DNA from: Sphaerodactylus townsendi
Lineage: Eukaryota
NCBI RefSeq assembly: GCF_021028975.2
Contig: NC_059430.1
Coordinates: 56,048,001-56,112,000, forward strand
Direction of reading: 5' to 3'
DNA: 64,000 nucleotides
Translations under genes and position numbers: made by a program
Part shown: piece after piece, positions 36,947 through 49,900 of the stretch
Layout: each line of letters starts with the position of its first letter
How positions within the stretch are numbered: position 1 is the first letter of the stretch
The notes under the pieces: model-generated
What the model was told of the DNA's origin: nothing
What the model saw: the letters and a program-made list of their open reading frames with translations, nothing else
The model's database searches: none

Positions 36947-38485
36947 ATGCTGAAGAAATGCATTCACTTCTTCAGTCTCGAGTTACCGGTACAATTGGTT
37001 GGCAAAAGAGTTATGGAATTCACTATCATCCTGTGTTTAGAATAAATACTTATTATATTTGCATACTACTTTTCCATCATAAGATCTTGCAAGTGTTTTT
37101 CATTTTAAAATACAATGTGACCTGTGAAGGGATTAGGCAAATTCATGATTGATAGATTGATGATGAGCAAATGAGAAAGGAGGCCTATTGCCTTCATGCT
37201 CTGCTACTAGCTTCCTGGATTTTTCTGACTGGTAAGCAAACGGCCAGGCAGGAGGCACTTTATTTGACTGTGCTTTCCTTTTAAAAAAATTTCATGGCTT
37301 ACATCTGCATAGTCACACGGGTGCAGATGGTCGTATCGTGGTATCATGAGACACCAGCATAAGAACATAAGCAAGGCCATGAGGGTTCATTTGTGCATGC
37401 CTGCGTAGCTATGTATCATTGGGATGTAAATTTTAAAAAGATGCTTTTCCATACGAAGGCATGACAGCAACCTGTATTATTTCCATAGGCTCCAATCACT
37501 GCCCGCACGGATGCATGGGAATGCGAAAACAGAAAAGCAGGTTACTTTATCCCAACTGCAATCCACTATACATTTGATGTGCAGAAAGGGCTTGAGAATT
37601 GTATGGACCTATACTGGAATCTAGTGTGGTTGTTCATAGAGGAAACAACATACAAAAGGTGGTAATAGAGAGCAAGCCCAAGTTAACGTGATCACATCAG
37701 GGCTCAGAAGCTATGAAGTATCAATAGGCTTGCCAACTTCCAGGTGGCACCTGGAGACCTCCCACTATTACAATTGATCTCCAAGTGATCCAGGTCAGTT
37801 CCTCTGGGGGAAATGGCTGCTTTGGAGGGTAAACTCTATGGCATTATACCCTGCTGAGGCCCCTGTTCTTGACTAAATTCCTACCTATAAATGTTTGCTT
37901 TGATATAAACCAAGGTCTTGGGTATGTCACATCACTCTTTTCCTTCTTGCTATACATTCAAACGATTGTGTGACAGTGATCTTTTACTTGTCACATCTGT
38001 GTGCAAGATCATGGAGTTAAAGTTAATTAACTCTGAAAAGCTTACTTTTAGAGTTTAAACTCTACATTTTATCTTGCAATCAGTCTCTTTTAGAAAGGTG
38101 GATGATGAAATAAATACATGAGTAAACAAATAAATGAAGTAAAAATAAAACTGTCAATGTTCTTAGAAAGAAATGCAGAAACAATTTCTGTTTTTGGAGG
38201 CAAAATGAAAATACACAGAATTTATTTATAGTGGGGACCCAAAGTGACTCATACTATTATCCTCTTCTCACAATAGCCCTGTGAGGGAGATTGGAGGAGT
38301 GCATGCAACTGTCTATCAAGACAACAGTGATTTTTGCCTGATTTTTTCTCCTCTGGTCGACTGGAGTGCTGGTGGGAAGTGTCCTGCCATAGTAGGAGGT
38401 CTGGCAACCTTACTGCAACCCCAAATCCCTAGGAATTTCCCAACTGAGGTGTGGCAATCCTACTTCTCATACTTGGGCCTTGGTT

Positions 38486-38606
38486 ACTGCTATACTACTA
38501 ATTGACCTTCCCTGGAAACATTACCCAACTGGAATATATATATTTAAACCACATATATTCCAGTTGGGTAATGTTTCCAGAAAAGGTCAATTAGTAGTAT
38601 AGCAGT
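38486..38606. repeat. Near-perfect inverted repeat (about 54-bp arms, about 13-nt spacer)
   Basis: actgctatactactaattgacctt(cc)ctggaaacattacccaactggaatatat and its reverse complement, two mismatches. Confidence 0.93.
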
Positions 38607-39518
38607 TTCTAAACATATCTGAGGGAGTGAAGTCTACATGGTATAGACTGAGCTCAGTAGCTAAGCAAGGAGATCACCAAGGATTACTCTGCAGAGGAAG
38701 GCCCTGGCAAACCACCTCTACTTCTCAGTTGCACTGAAAACCCCTTACTGGGTTTGCCTTCAGTTGGGTTGCAACTTGACAGCACTTTATGCACTCAGAT
38801 AGGCCTGGAACAGTTTTTAAACACTGACGAGTGACAGTCTGCTTGTAGATTCTTTCTCCTAGACTTTGTTTTTCCATGCCCAAGAACAAGACTATGAGTG
38901 GCTGCCTTTAGCAGCAGGGACCTATTTTGACAATCTTTGTATAATTGACTGTCAGGCCATCTTCTGTTCAGATACATATGCTACAAGACCTCACAGTTGT
39001 GTAGAAATATTATTTTTATATATATATATATATAATTTAGTGCTTCGTTCCACACAAAAAGTAGAATATTCTGCTGAAAACAAAGAAGGCCTTTGATTTC
39101 TCTCTACAATCTAAAGATGCATTTTCATTAGCAATAGTCTTTTCCATACCAGTTTCATTCCATAACTTGTTGGAAGCTATAATACCACCATTTGCAAAGA
39201 AAGTTGGTTCTAATCCATCATGGCTATTAAAATTAGGATTCACAAGTGCTTCCACTGTACACAGAAATTGTGTTTGTCATGGCTTGACTTCATGTTACAG
39301 CAAGGTTTCCTCTCAGTCAATGCATGAAATACAAGAAGCACATTTCTAAAAATACAGTAAACATGCATCAGCAATCTGTAGCATGTAACCCTGAGCACTT
39401 AGGGAGATAGAAAATTCTAAATAGAGTAAGGAAAGATGATACCCTGTTAAATTATTAAGAGAAAAGACAGTGTTATTGAGAGTGTCCTGCCACCTGCTGG
39501 ATTGCTACAAACAGAAAT

Positions 39519-39800
39519 TGGTTGTGGTGGGTTTTCCGGGCTGTGTGGCCGTGGTCTGCTAGATCTTGTTTCTAATGTTTCGCCTTCATCTGTGGCTGGC
39601 ATCTTCAGAGGGGTATCACAGAGAGAAGTCTGTTACACACTGTGTCTAGTGAGAAGGGGATGTTTAGTGGGGTATATATTGTCCATGTCCCAGGGTGGGG
39701 AACCCAACGTTAGGAACAAGATCTACCAGACCACGGCCACACAGCCCGGAACACCCACCACAACCAGTAGAATCCAGCCGTGAAAGCCTTCGACAATACA
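39519..39800. mobile_element. Penelope-like element remnant with inverted pseudo-LTR pieces
   Basis: Inverted copies at 39519-39579 and 39706-39766; 12-bp TSD acaaa(c/t)agaaat at 39507-39518 and 39801-39812; hammerhead core on the minus strand. Confidence 0.75.
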
Positions 39801-42800
39801 ACAAATAGAAATATTTTATTTCACAAGGTTCTCCTCTTAAGTTTTAAGTCTCTAGCAATCTTTAATCTATTATAGCATTGAATCACCATGAGGTGTAACC
39901 CATCCCTTGCCAGTAGTCCCTCTTCATGAAACTGCAGTACTGTCTGCTCCATTCTGTCCAGGAAAGTCTTGTTCTTCTTAATGTGCTGAAGTGTAGATGT
40001 GTTTCAATCTGCTATGCCTTCTCTTCTAACAAAGTAACCAACTTGCACTTGCTGCAAGTGTAGCTACCCATGTCCTCTGGCAGAAAAACAAACATTCCAC
40101 AGCTGTTGCAAGTGACAGCAGCAACTCCTTGATGATCCATATTTAGGTGTCTTAAATTCTGCAGAACAGATTTCTGGGCCTCCCTTTCAAAAGTCCCCTT
40201 CTTCTAAGAAGAACAAGAATCCAAGTTAGCCTTATTCTTTATACCCTAGCCCTGTTTACTGAGCTCCAGACTGTGACCTAAGGATTAAAGATATTTGCCC
40301 CTAGCCACTACCTTGATGTTTTGCTATCCCCCCCAAAGATGGGTCCTTATTGGTAAGAACTGTGCGTGTCATAGGAACATGCTGCTGCTTTTGAGCAAGT
40401 CACAGAGTGAGTGGTAGTTGATTCAAATTGGTTGGGTGATTAAACAGAATCCCCACACCTCAACAGCCTGAGGCAAACACACAACCAACAACAAAGGAAC
40501 CTCCCACACAGACAAAAGCTTCCCCAAGCCCTAAAAAACACACAAGTCCTAAAAAACACCCAAGTCCTAAAACACACACACATGCCAGATAAGGATTGAC
40601 CTTTAAGCAGGGACGTAGCTAGGGAAAATTGATCCTGGGGGAGACTCCAAGTTTTCTGTCTCCCCCATGGGCCCCCGCAAGTGCCCCCCATGCACCACTT
40701 ACCTGAGCCAGTGGCAGGACCTGGCCGGGCAGGGGTTTGCGCAGCAGCCTTTGCCAGGCCTGGTGGGGCAGGGCGAGGGGGGAAAGAGGAGGGGTGTGGA
40801 TTCAGCCCCCTACTTTGGATGGAGCTCTAAATTTTCCTGTAACTGGCTATATAAGGACTTTCCATTTCTACCGAATGCCACATTCAGTAGAATTGTCATT
40901 ACATTGATATGAATGATCTCAAAGTGATTAAAGGAAACAATTCATTTATTTTTATTGATTTGATTTTTATCCTGCCCTATCCGCTCATTAAAGAGAACTT
41001 AGTGGTGGGACATATCCATTCACATGTACAGAACTTCAAGTTCATTAACATCGTTGTAAGTCTCTTTTCAACAAACCCCGGTATTAAAATTCGGATAAAA
41101 CCCAGCTTTAAAACATCACATTGGAGTCCAACAGTGGAACAGCAGGAGAAGCAGATGCACTCAGCATCTTTTCTGCCATACCCTTCTGCTCATCAAGGTT
41201 CTGAAATTAATAACCTGCTACAAGAGCTAAATATAACCTGATGGAAATGTGGCACACAAAAACAAAGTTCTGCACATGCTGGTGGGGCTATTCTTTTGAA
41301 GAGAACTGTATTTGAGTGGAACAGTAGAGAATACAATAAATGTTGCTGAAAGTTAACATAAGGTTTTATTTTTATATTTGAGGCTAAATTGGACTATCAG
41401 TGAGGAAATGAAGAACAAGATTGTCTGGAGGAGGGAAAAAAACTCCTTGGTGCCTCCCAGTCATCTGTATTGCTGCCAGTTACTTTGCTTATTGGTTTCC
41501 CTGAATTATTTCAACAAAACGATCCAAAGAGTTAAAAGGGTCAACACTTAATTCTACTTTTTTAAGGCAAAAGGAAAAAAAATCATATATTCAGCTTTCA
41601 GAAGCAAATAAAATGAAGTGACATAATAGCAAAACTTTATCTTACAATAAATACTTTGAGCAAACAAATATGAAAGCGTAAGTATGAATACTTGCATATG
41701 CTAATAGGAGTGACTTCTATTGTGCACTGTAGCTGGAGGAGGGAAGTGTAGGCCTTAGCCATATGAAAACAAAAGGGTACCATCTCATGAAGCAAATCAA
41801 TTTTTAAAATGGATGGGGCAGTTTTTGCCAGGTGTTGCAATGCCAAGACTAAAATTATGAGATCCTGCCTATAATAGCATACAAGGGCACAGTACCAAAA
41901 GGGAAACTGGTTCAGGATTTCTCCAATTGTGAAATGGTAAAAAGCTTCGAAATAAAAAATGGGAAAGGAATAGAAAAATGCCTGAAGGGGAAGAGAATGT
42001 TATATTCTATGTGGAATGTCATATTCATTTACTGTCGACAGAAGTAATGAATATCTCCAGAGTCTGTTCTGCCGTTTAACAGTGGACTTTTGTGAACTCA
42101 CTGCTTCCTGCACAGCTGTTTGCTTCACAGTGTGGTTTTCCCACTTTTTTTGTTTTAACTGGGATCATCCTGCTGCAAAGTGTCCCCAGTCAAATTACCA
42201 TTTTGCCTGCCCGCTGCTTCCTTGATCTTTCTGTGCAACTCTGATGCCACTGATAACAGCACAAATGATGACTGCCCCCTCTCTTGAACATCCTAATTAT
42301 TTAAGACAAATATGGAAGAAAATAAACTGATTCCACAACTTTAAAATGCATCTGGGCAGATGTATTGAAGACCTGACAAAATTTATTCCAATGCTTAGGA
42401 TTGAATCCTAAGAAAATCAGGACTAATTCATGTGTGCAGAAAAGATTACAAATATCTAAGCAAAGCAGTGACCTGTATAAAATAAGCATAGTGCCTATAG
42501 AGTGATGCTCTGAATGCCCTGAAGAGGGCAATGGGAAACCTCTGATTAGTATCAGAAATACTAATAATCAGCTCTCAACTTTTATATTCAGCAACACTGA
42601 ACATCAAGAAAGAAATGGACTTTTGCTTTTCAAACATGCAGCCTAATATCTTGCACCATTCTTATGAGAAAGAAAAGATGTTAAGTTCAGAAACTAGCTG
42701 ATTTATAAACTAGACAGAATGAAGTCTAGCTGATTGCCAGCATAAACTACTAGAATCCTGAGTACTAGTTCATTCATTTCTGAGCTGGCAACTCCTTTCA

Positions 42801-43512
42801 TGCTAAAATAGTAGCAGGGCCAGCAGAATGGAGCATAAGCTGGATGCTCCATCTGATCAAATAAAGGCCCTACTTTTTTCTTTTCCTGTTAAAATAGGAT
42901 TTCCTCCCAAAGAAATTGGGAGTAAACTCACACAAATAGTTTTGCCAAATGAAATCATCTTTTACCCAACATAAATCTTTACTAAAGGAAACATTGATAA
43001 AGTTGCAGCCCTAAGGGTGCTTACTTGAAAATAAACTCAGTGTGCTCTATGGGACTTATTTCTGAGTAAACATGCATGCATGGTTGCAAAGCAGTCTCCA
43101 ACCATCCCCCGAGATATAGCAGGGTTCCCAACTTTCATCCTTTTAACAGCTATTTCTCTGTAGCAATTAGTAGTTAATCATGTTTATGAAAAGCATTCTG
43201 TTTGATTTCTGAAACATCAAACCTCTGTTATGCACAGAAGCAGGCCAGTTCCCAATCCTATCATCTTCTCCGAGTGGGCTGCCCGCTCAGAGAGAAGGGA
43301 AGCAGAGAAAAGGCGCCCCTCCACCCACTTCCCTTCTTCTCCGAGCGGGCTGCCCGCTCAGAGGGAAGGGAAGCGGTGAAGCCAGCCAGCTGGCTTCCCT
43401 TCCCACCCCTCTCCACTCGGGGAGCCGAGCCTGCCAGCTTCTCTTGTTGTCCCTGCACCGGAGGTGAGAACTCGCGTCAAGGGTGCAAGGGTGCAAGGGG
43501 GGGGGGGGGGGG

Positions 43513-43551
<39 letters not shown>

Positions 43552-43999
43552 TTCCCTTCCTGCCCTTCTCCCGCCACCGGTCCAGAGATTGGGAGCCTGC
43601 CAGCACCATCTGGAAATTAGCAACTCTATGGGCGAACTGTACAAGGAATTGAAATTCCATGAGCATACTTCGAACTAAAAACACTAATAACTGGCAGGAG
43701 ACAAAAAAACTCTGTTATGTTCCTTACGGTGTAATGATACCATACTTTTAAATATTAAACACACTGAAACATTCAGTCTGTTGCTAGTTGGGCCTTCACA
43801 GTCTGAACAACCTACACAATACAGCGTTTGTATATAAATAAAACCTATTTATGGAATCTCTGTCTTAATAGAACAGAATAATTAAAAGTCAACAGAAGGA
43901 GTAATGACTATTTGCTTGGCTTTTCCACGCATCATTTTTAAAGAAAAAACGGTTGCAGGTATCAATTTTTTACAATTGGTGCTGAAAGATACGTTCATT

Positions 44000-44700
44000 A
44001 TTCCAAACGCGATAGAATCACCTCGTTGGGCTGAGGGCGGGGTTTGGGCGAAGGCCTCCACAAGGCGCAAAGGATTCCTCGTCAGGTGATCCCCAGAGGG
44101 GCGTGGTTGGGGGTCACGTGACAAGGGCTCGCGGAGGAAGAGGTGGCGGTAGCAGAAGGAAAGCGGTGCAGCACGGCGGCCGTTGATGAGAGAATCGAGC
44201 GGCGACTCCGAACCGCAACGGCAGCCCGCGAGTAGGCGCGACGAGCTTCAGCGGCGACAGCGGGTTCGAATCCGCCTTTTTCCTCAGCATTTCGGCGCCT
44301 GGGCCCTACCCTTTTCCGGAGGTGGCAGGTCCAGAGGGTCTGCCTCCGCCCCCCTGGCTGGGGACCCGGGGAGAGGTAAGGGAGGGAATGGAAAGGATAG
44401 CACCCAATACTCTGTTTCACAAGCTGGGAGGAAAGGGGAACGGGAAGTGGGGAGGAGGGCGGCGGCTGCACGAGCGACCTGCATGTAGCCCTTGTCCCCT
44501 TTGTGGTGCTGGCAGCTGCGAGGATGCACTGGGGTGAGAATGGATGAGAATCCTCCCTCTGCCGGGCTTCGATGCGTGTGTGTGGGGTCCTCGCTTGGGC
44601 GCCCCCCTGCGTGACCTTGGGCACGTCACCTGGGCAGGCAGAGTCTGCCTCCTTACATGGGGGTAGTCCCATTGAATATGGACGGGCTTTCTTCCGAAGA
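44000..44700 (+). promoter_or_regulatory. OSBPL8: CpG-island promoter and non-coding exon 1 (about 44130-44375, donor GAG|gtaagg at 44376) of OSBPL8
   Basis: CpG island with GC boxes (GGGCGGGG near 44035, GGGGCGTGG near 44097), palindromic E-box GTCACGTGAC at 44113-44122 and a strong donor; OSBPL8 is the divergent neighbour of ZDHHC17 in mammals. Confidence 0.72.
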
Positions 44701-45302
44701 GACATGCACAGAGTTGGGCTGTTATGGTAGGTTGACCTTATAGTTTACCAAGAGTGTGTGTGTGTGGGGGGGGGGGGTTCTTTTGCCTTTAGTGAAGTTT
44801 CTGTGTTCCCCAAGATGGTGCAGATCTGTACTTGTTGGTTGCCTATGCAAACAAACAAAAATATTCCGTACCTGCATTTGTTTAGATGGGATGATAGCTC
44901 AATAAGTGATTTATTTGGGGGCAAAGGTTAGTACATTCTCCAGAGGCGTCTCAAACTACAAATGAATTAATATGTTGTGCCTTACTTTGAAACTGTAATG
45001 TTCACAGTTTTGACTGCACAAAACAAAAATCCAGTTTTTAAAGGATCTCTTTTAAATAAGAGGTGTTACAATTGCTAATCGTCCTTTGGGAGCAAAGCAG
45101 TTTCTGTTGCTGTTTCCACCTGGCTGGGATTTTTAAAAAGTGCCACCAGCTGTCCTACACATGCTTGCTGAGAATCAAAAATGTAAGAAATTGGGGTTGA
45201 ATTTATTTATTTATTTATTAGGTTTATAGACCGCCCTCCCCTGGATTTGGAACATACAGCAAGAATTTGGAACATACAGCAAGAAGGCTAGGTGGGAAGG
45301 AA

Positions 45303-45699
45303 CAGAGGCAGAGCTACCAGAGGACTGGGGGATGCGCGTTGCACTGGGCGCATGCTGGGGGGTACAGAAAATCACTAGCGGCACCCCACTCCCCCGCCCC
45401 CCCACGGCATCCCCCCTGCCCCCACACTTACCTTATTGAAACAGTGCAGGCTGGAGAAACAGCCTGTTCCCTTCAGGCTGAAAATGGCGTGGTGGGAACT
45501 ACACTTCCCAGGAGACCTTGCGAGCCCCAAGGTGTCATGGGAAGTGTAGTTCCCACCAGGCTGTTTTCAGTCTGAAGGGAACAGGCCACTTATCCAGGCT
45601 GAACTTAGGTAGGTGCGGGGGGTGCAGGGTACCTGTGGGGGGTGGGAGCGGAAAACACAGAGTGCGCACCAGGCGCAGTTTGGCCCAGCTACACCTCTG
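45303..45699. mobile_element. hAT-type MITE with long internal palindrome
   Basis: TIRs cagaggcagagct / agctacacctctg, perfect 8-bp TSD GGAAGGAA, internal hairpin 45463-45585. Confidence 0.85.
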
Positions 45700-46419
45700 G
45701 GAAGGAATGCATGGCTTGTGCCAAGACTATTGCAGAGAAGCACCTCAACTTCATGATGCTGTCAGTGGCAACACCTGAGATAATTTGTAGTCATGTAATT
45801 TTGTAGTACTTGTCTTTCTCCTCCTCCCTGTTAGTCATCTTTGTGCAATGTAAGTAGACTGGTCAGTTTTGCTTAGTGAGAATCCCAGTTTCTATGGTGT
45901 GGAGGAGGTCATGTGTGTATTCAGAAATCTTTGTGAATGGCTTTTGTCCTTGCACCCTGAGTCTGTCTGTACTTATAGCAGATCATATTATTTTCAGTGG
46001 AGCTTGCTTTTAGTTCAGAGTACTTAGAATCACTGTGTCAGGATTTCTGAACCACAAAAGGAACTGAAGGCATACACTACTGTGTGACGCTCTCTCAGGT
46101 GTTATGTTCATGTGCTTTTCAGAACAGCTCTTAACTGTAGAATGTGTAAAATATGAAGTTTTTGAGGTATCAGAGATGTTTTCTGGATGAACCAGAAGAT
46201 AGACTGGGATGCAGCAGTTCCTGTACATTCGTGCACTAGTGTTGATCAAGTTTGGGTATTTACTGAGGTCCAGAAATACCTTACGCACTGCAGTTGCAGA
46301 AGAAATTTTCCTTTTGGTCAGAATAGTACATCAAGTGCTTTCTTTTACACAGCATGTTTGAAATAGGCCTCTTTTCAAAAGACAGTGCTTTACAACCTTT
46401 AAATCACCTGCAACTAGGG

Positions 46420-46915
46420 TGGCATTTGGAAGAGCCCATACAGGCCATCTGTTCAACCTCTGCTCAATGCAGGATCAGCCTGGCCCTTGTGTAACCCAGG
46501 CAAATGTTTGTCCAGCTGCTTCTTAAAGACTGCCAGTGACGGGGAGCTCACTATGTCCCTAAGTAGCTGATTCCACTGTTGCACAACTCTTACTGTAATT
46601 TTTCCCCCTAATATCCAGTCTGAACCTTTCTGCCCGTAACTTGAACCCATCACTACGAGTTCTATCCTCTGCTGTCAATAGGAACAGCGTCTTGTCCTCT
46701 GCCAGTCCTTCATATACTTAAAGAAAGCAATCATGTCCCCCCGCCCCCCAGTCTCCTCTTCTCTGGACTAAGTATTCCCAAATCCCTCAGCCTTTCCTCA
46801 TAAGAGTTGGTCTGCAGACCCCTGATCATCCTCATAACTTTCCTCTGCACCCACTCTATTCTGTCCACATCCTTTTTGAAGTGAGGCCTCCAAAACTACA
46901 CAATACTCCAGGTGA
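46420..46915 (-). mobile_element. CR1 LINE 3' fragment, second family
   Basis: TVRVVQQWNQLLRDIVSSPSLAVFKKQLDKHL matches the CR1 ORF2 end. Confidence 0.85.
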
Positions 46916-49900
46916 ACTTTTGCCTCACTCAAACCTTATTTTTGTGTGCTAACAGTAGCAACCCATTTTGTAAATAAGAAATAAAACAGAAGACTGGCAG
47001 GTTAATTATGGGAAGAAACCACAGAACTCACAAGTATTTATCAGTATTTCAAAGGATTAGCAGAAAACTCTGAGCACTGGGATATTCCAAAGCACTGTTA
47101 GTGTTGACTGGTCAGTCTCTGCTGAGTTCTCAAAGTTGACTGGAGAGCACAGTTGGCTCTTTCTTGAGGTGGTTCATTACCAGGCTTGCCCTCTATGTTT
47201 CCTGTAGGGTTAGTTAGTTACTTCGTTTATATGTATAATGTCACTGTCTTATGATGATCCCATAGTGTTATCAAGGCAAGAGATGTTCAGAGATGGTTTG
47301 CCATCACCTGCTTCTGTATAACAACCTTAGACTTCCTTGGTGCTGAAGTCTTAAGGTTCTAGGGCTGGACTTGTTTAGCTTTTGAGAGCTGCTGAGATCA
47401 GGTAGCCTGGGCTATCTAGGTCACGGTGTTTCAGATACTGATATAGGCAGTTCTCATATTCTGATGCCCAGGAGCCATGAATGTAACAGGTGGTGTTATT
47501 TACACAATATAATGTTTTTGGTCTGTTTAGCTAGTTAAGACTTGAACCAGCCAATCTTAAGTAATTAAAACCACTTTACGTACCTAAGACTTAGATGCAT
47601 TACATTTTGTTTGATAATGTTTTGTCTAACGGTGGGAGAACTTGAATGTTTCCATACTATCACAAGTTGATCTAGTAAAGGTTTACTGTTTGTGTTCTAT
47701 TGGCAAATGAGTTCAAAGGTCTTTACAGATAAAAAATTTTCAACACACACTTCTAAAAACTCACTGTCCTATTTTTTTTCTTTTCGTATGATAAGACATG
47801 ATCTTGTCTGATTGTGTGATGCCCATTCCTGTAGCTATCCAGATATGACTGTGTGATGGAATAGTACTGTAAAACTAGCAGAATCACACCTACATGTTAA
47901 AATCGGCCTTTAATCTCAAGGCCTCCGGATGGAGAAACCAAAAGGCCATGGAAATTTACCCAGGACAGGAAGATGCCCAAACAAGGCACTTCAAACGTTG
48001 GGGGGACCACATGGCAAGGGGGAAAGTTTTCTTGGAGACTAAAAAACAAAGACTTAGGTGGCTCTATAATGGGCTAAGCTAAGAAAAGCACCTCTTGGCT
48101 GGACGTCCCGAGAGATCCATAAGACTGTATTCAGCTGAGCCATTTCTCTAATTGCATTTATGTTTTATTTCTTTGATTTCTGTTTTTCAAGAAATCTTTG
48201 AGAACACAACTGGTTGGAGTTATTGGAGAAAAGGACCCAGATTTTTACTGAAACAAGCTTTGCTCTCCCAGGCTTGGTTTCATGATAGATTGAGTTTATG
48301 GTTGAAAGACTAAGTTGTCCTTCATTTTATGGGCATGCCTTTCCCCCCATTATAATTTTTATCTGCTTAGTGCTTAAAGCTACTGTGCTTCTTTAATGAA
48401 GAGATACATATTGTATGTGTTTATCTTCTTTTTTTTTGGTGATCCGGCTTTTAGAAAAAGCATATGATTTTCCTTTCATGGAGTTGGATATTGAGTGTCA
48501 TTTAGCCTATGTTTACCTACTGTACACTGCCATCCTGAAACACACTTTAAAAGAGGTTCAGGACATTCACTATGTTCTAAAATTAAAAAAAAAACCCAGT
48601 TTAAGATGAGGCAGCATCTTGGAACAAACAGAAAATATTTAATGCAAGTGGAATGTACTCTAAAACAGAGTACTCTCAGCAATGGAGGATACATTGCAGA
48701 AAGGGGGGGGGGGAGGTTGGAATCCAAACCATATTTTTAGAAAAATTCTAAATTGGCAACAAAATGTTGAATCCATTCCTTCTCATAAACTAATACTTTG
48801 AATATGGATATTTAACCACATTCGTATAGAATGTTTATTTTGCATTTATCCCCTGCTCAAGATTTTATCTACCAATCTATACACGAAGAGAATTAGAGTT
48901 AAAAGTACAAGTAAAGTTGTATGGCACTGAAGGGGTAAGTGAATACTAAATGTCAGATGTTTGTATTACTGATGTGATGCTGAAGGGGATAAAGTGGCAG
49001 AATTAATTTTCAGTCTCCCATGTTTTGTGGACCTCTGGGGGTCAGGTGTCTTGTGGGTGACTGTAAGGTCTCAGTTCAAAGGAAATACACGTTTCTCAAC
49101 CTCCTGGGTTTCTTTGTTAGAGAAGAGAAACTGGTAACATCTTTCCGAGCCCTTTGGCCTCTTGAGAACTCAGCAGTGGTGTTTGCCAGCTCCGTGTCCT
49201 CATCCTGGCTTCTTTCCTTTTTGGGGCAGGTAGCCGTAATCAGCTAAGAAGCTGGCAGAGATCCTGTGGCTTAATTTACAGCCACTGAGCCACCTATCTA
49301 GCAGACCTTCTGCGCTCAACTAAGTCCGAATGCAGTCTCCAGTGCTGATGTTCCGGGGGAAAGGGGGTAGGTTGGAGGGCTATATGCCCCTGGTGTCAGT
49401 GAAACCCTCTGAACCATTTCAGGATCCCTGCTGGTCATAGAAGATGGTTCATGCTGTTTGACATTTCTGGGTCTGTTGATGACATAGGCCCAAAATGCCA
49501 GTCCTCTATTGGTGGAGCTGCAGGGCGCATCTCGTCCTTGCTGTTAATTAGCTTCTCTCCTCATTCACCCACATGTGTTTCATCAGTGCTTTTAGTCTCA
49601 GTGGTGCATGTGGAACAAACCATGACAGGTGTTGCAACTGGTGATGTAGATAGGTGTGGGTCTGTGATTAGCAGTTGGAATCCTGCCATTGAATACATAG
49701 CTTTGTAACATCCCAAACATGCCAGCACTCCCTCCTTGTCTGAAATACAAATGGAGAACTGGTCTTGCCATAAAGTTTCTTTTTGTCAATGACTGAAGAT
49801 GACATCCTGGACTTTTTGCATCCTGAAGATGACATCCCAACTTTTTAGGATTTTTTTTTGTCTCCAGTGATGGGGGAACTGTCTGTCAACAGGGATGTTA

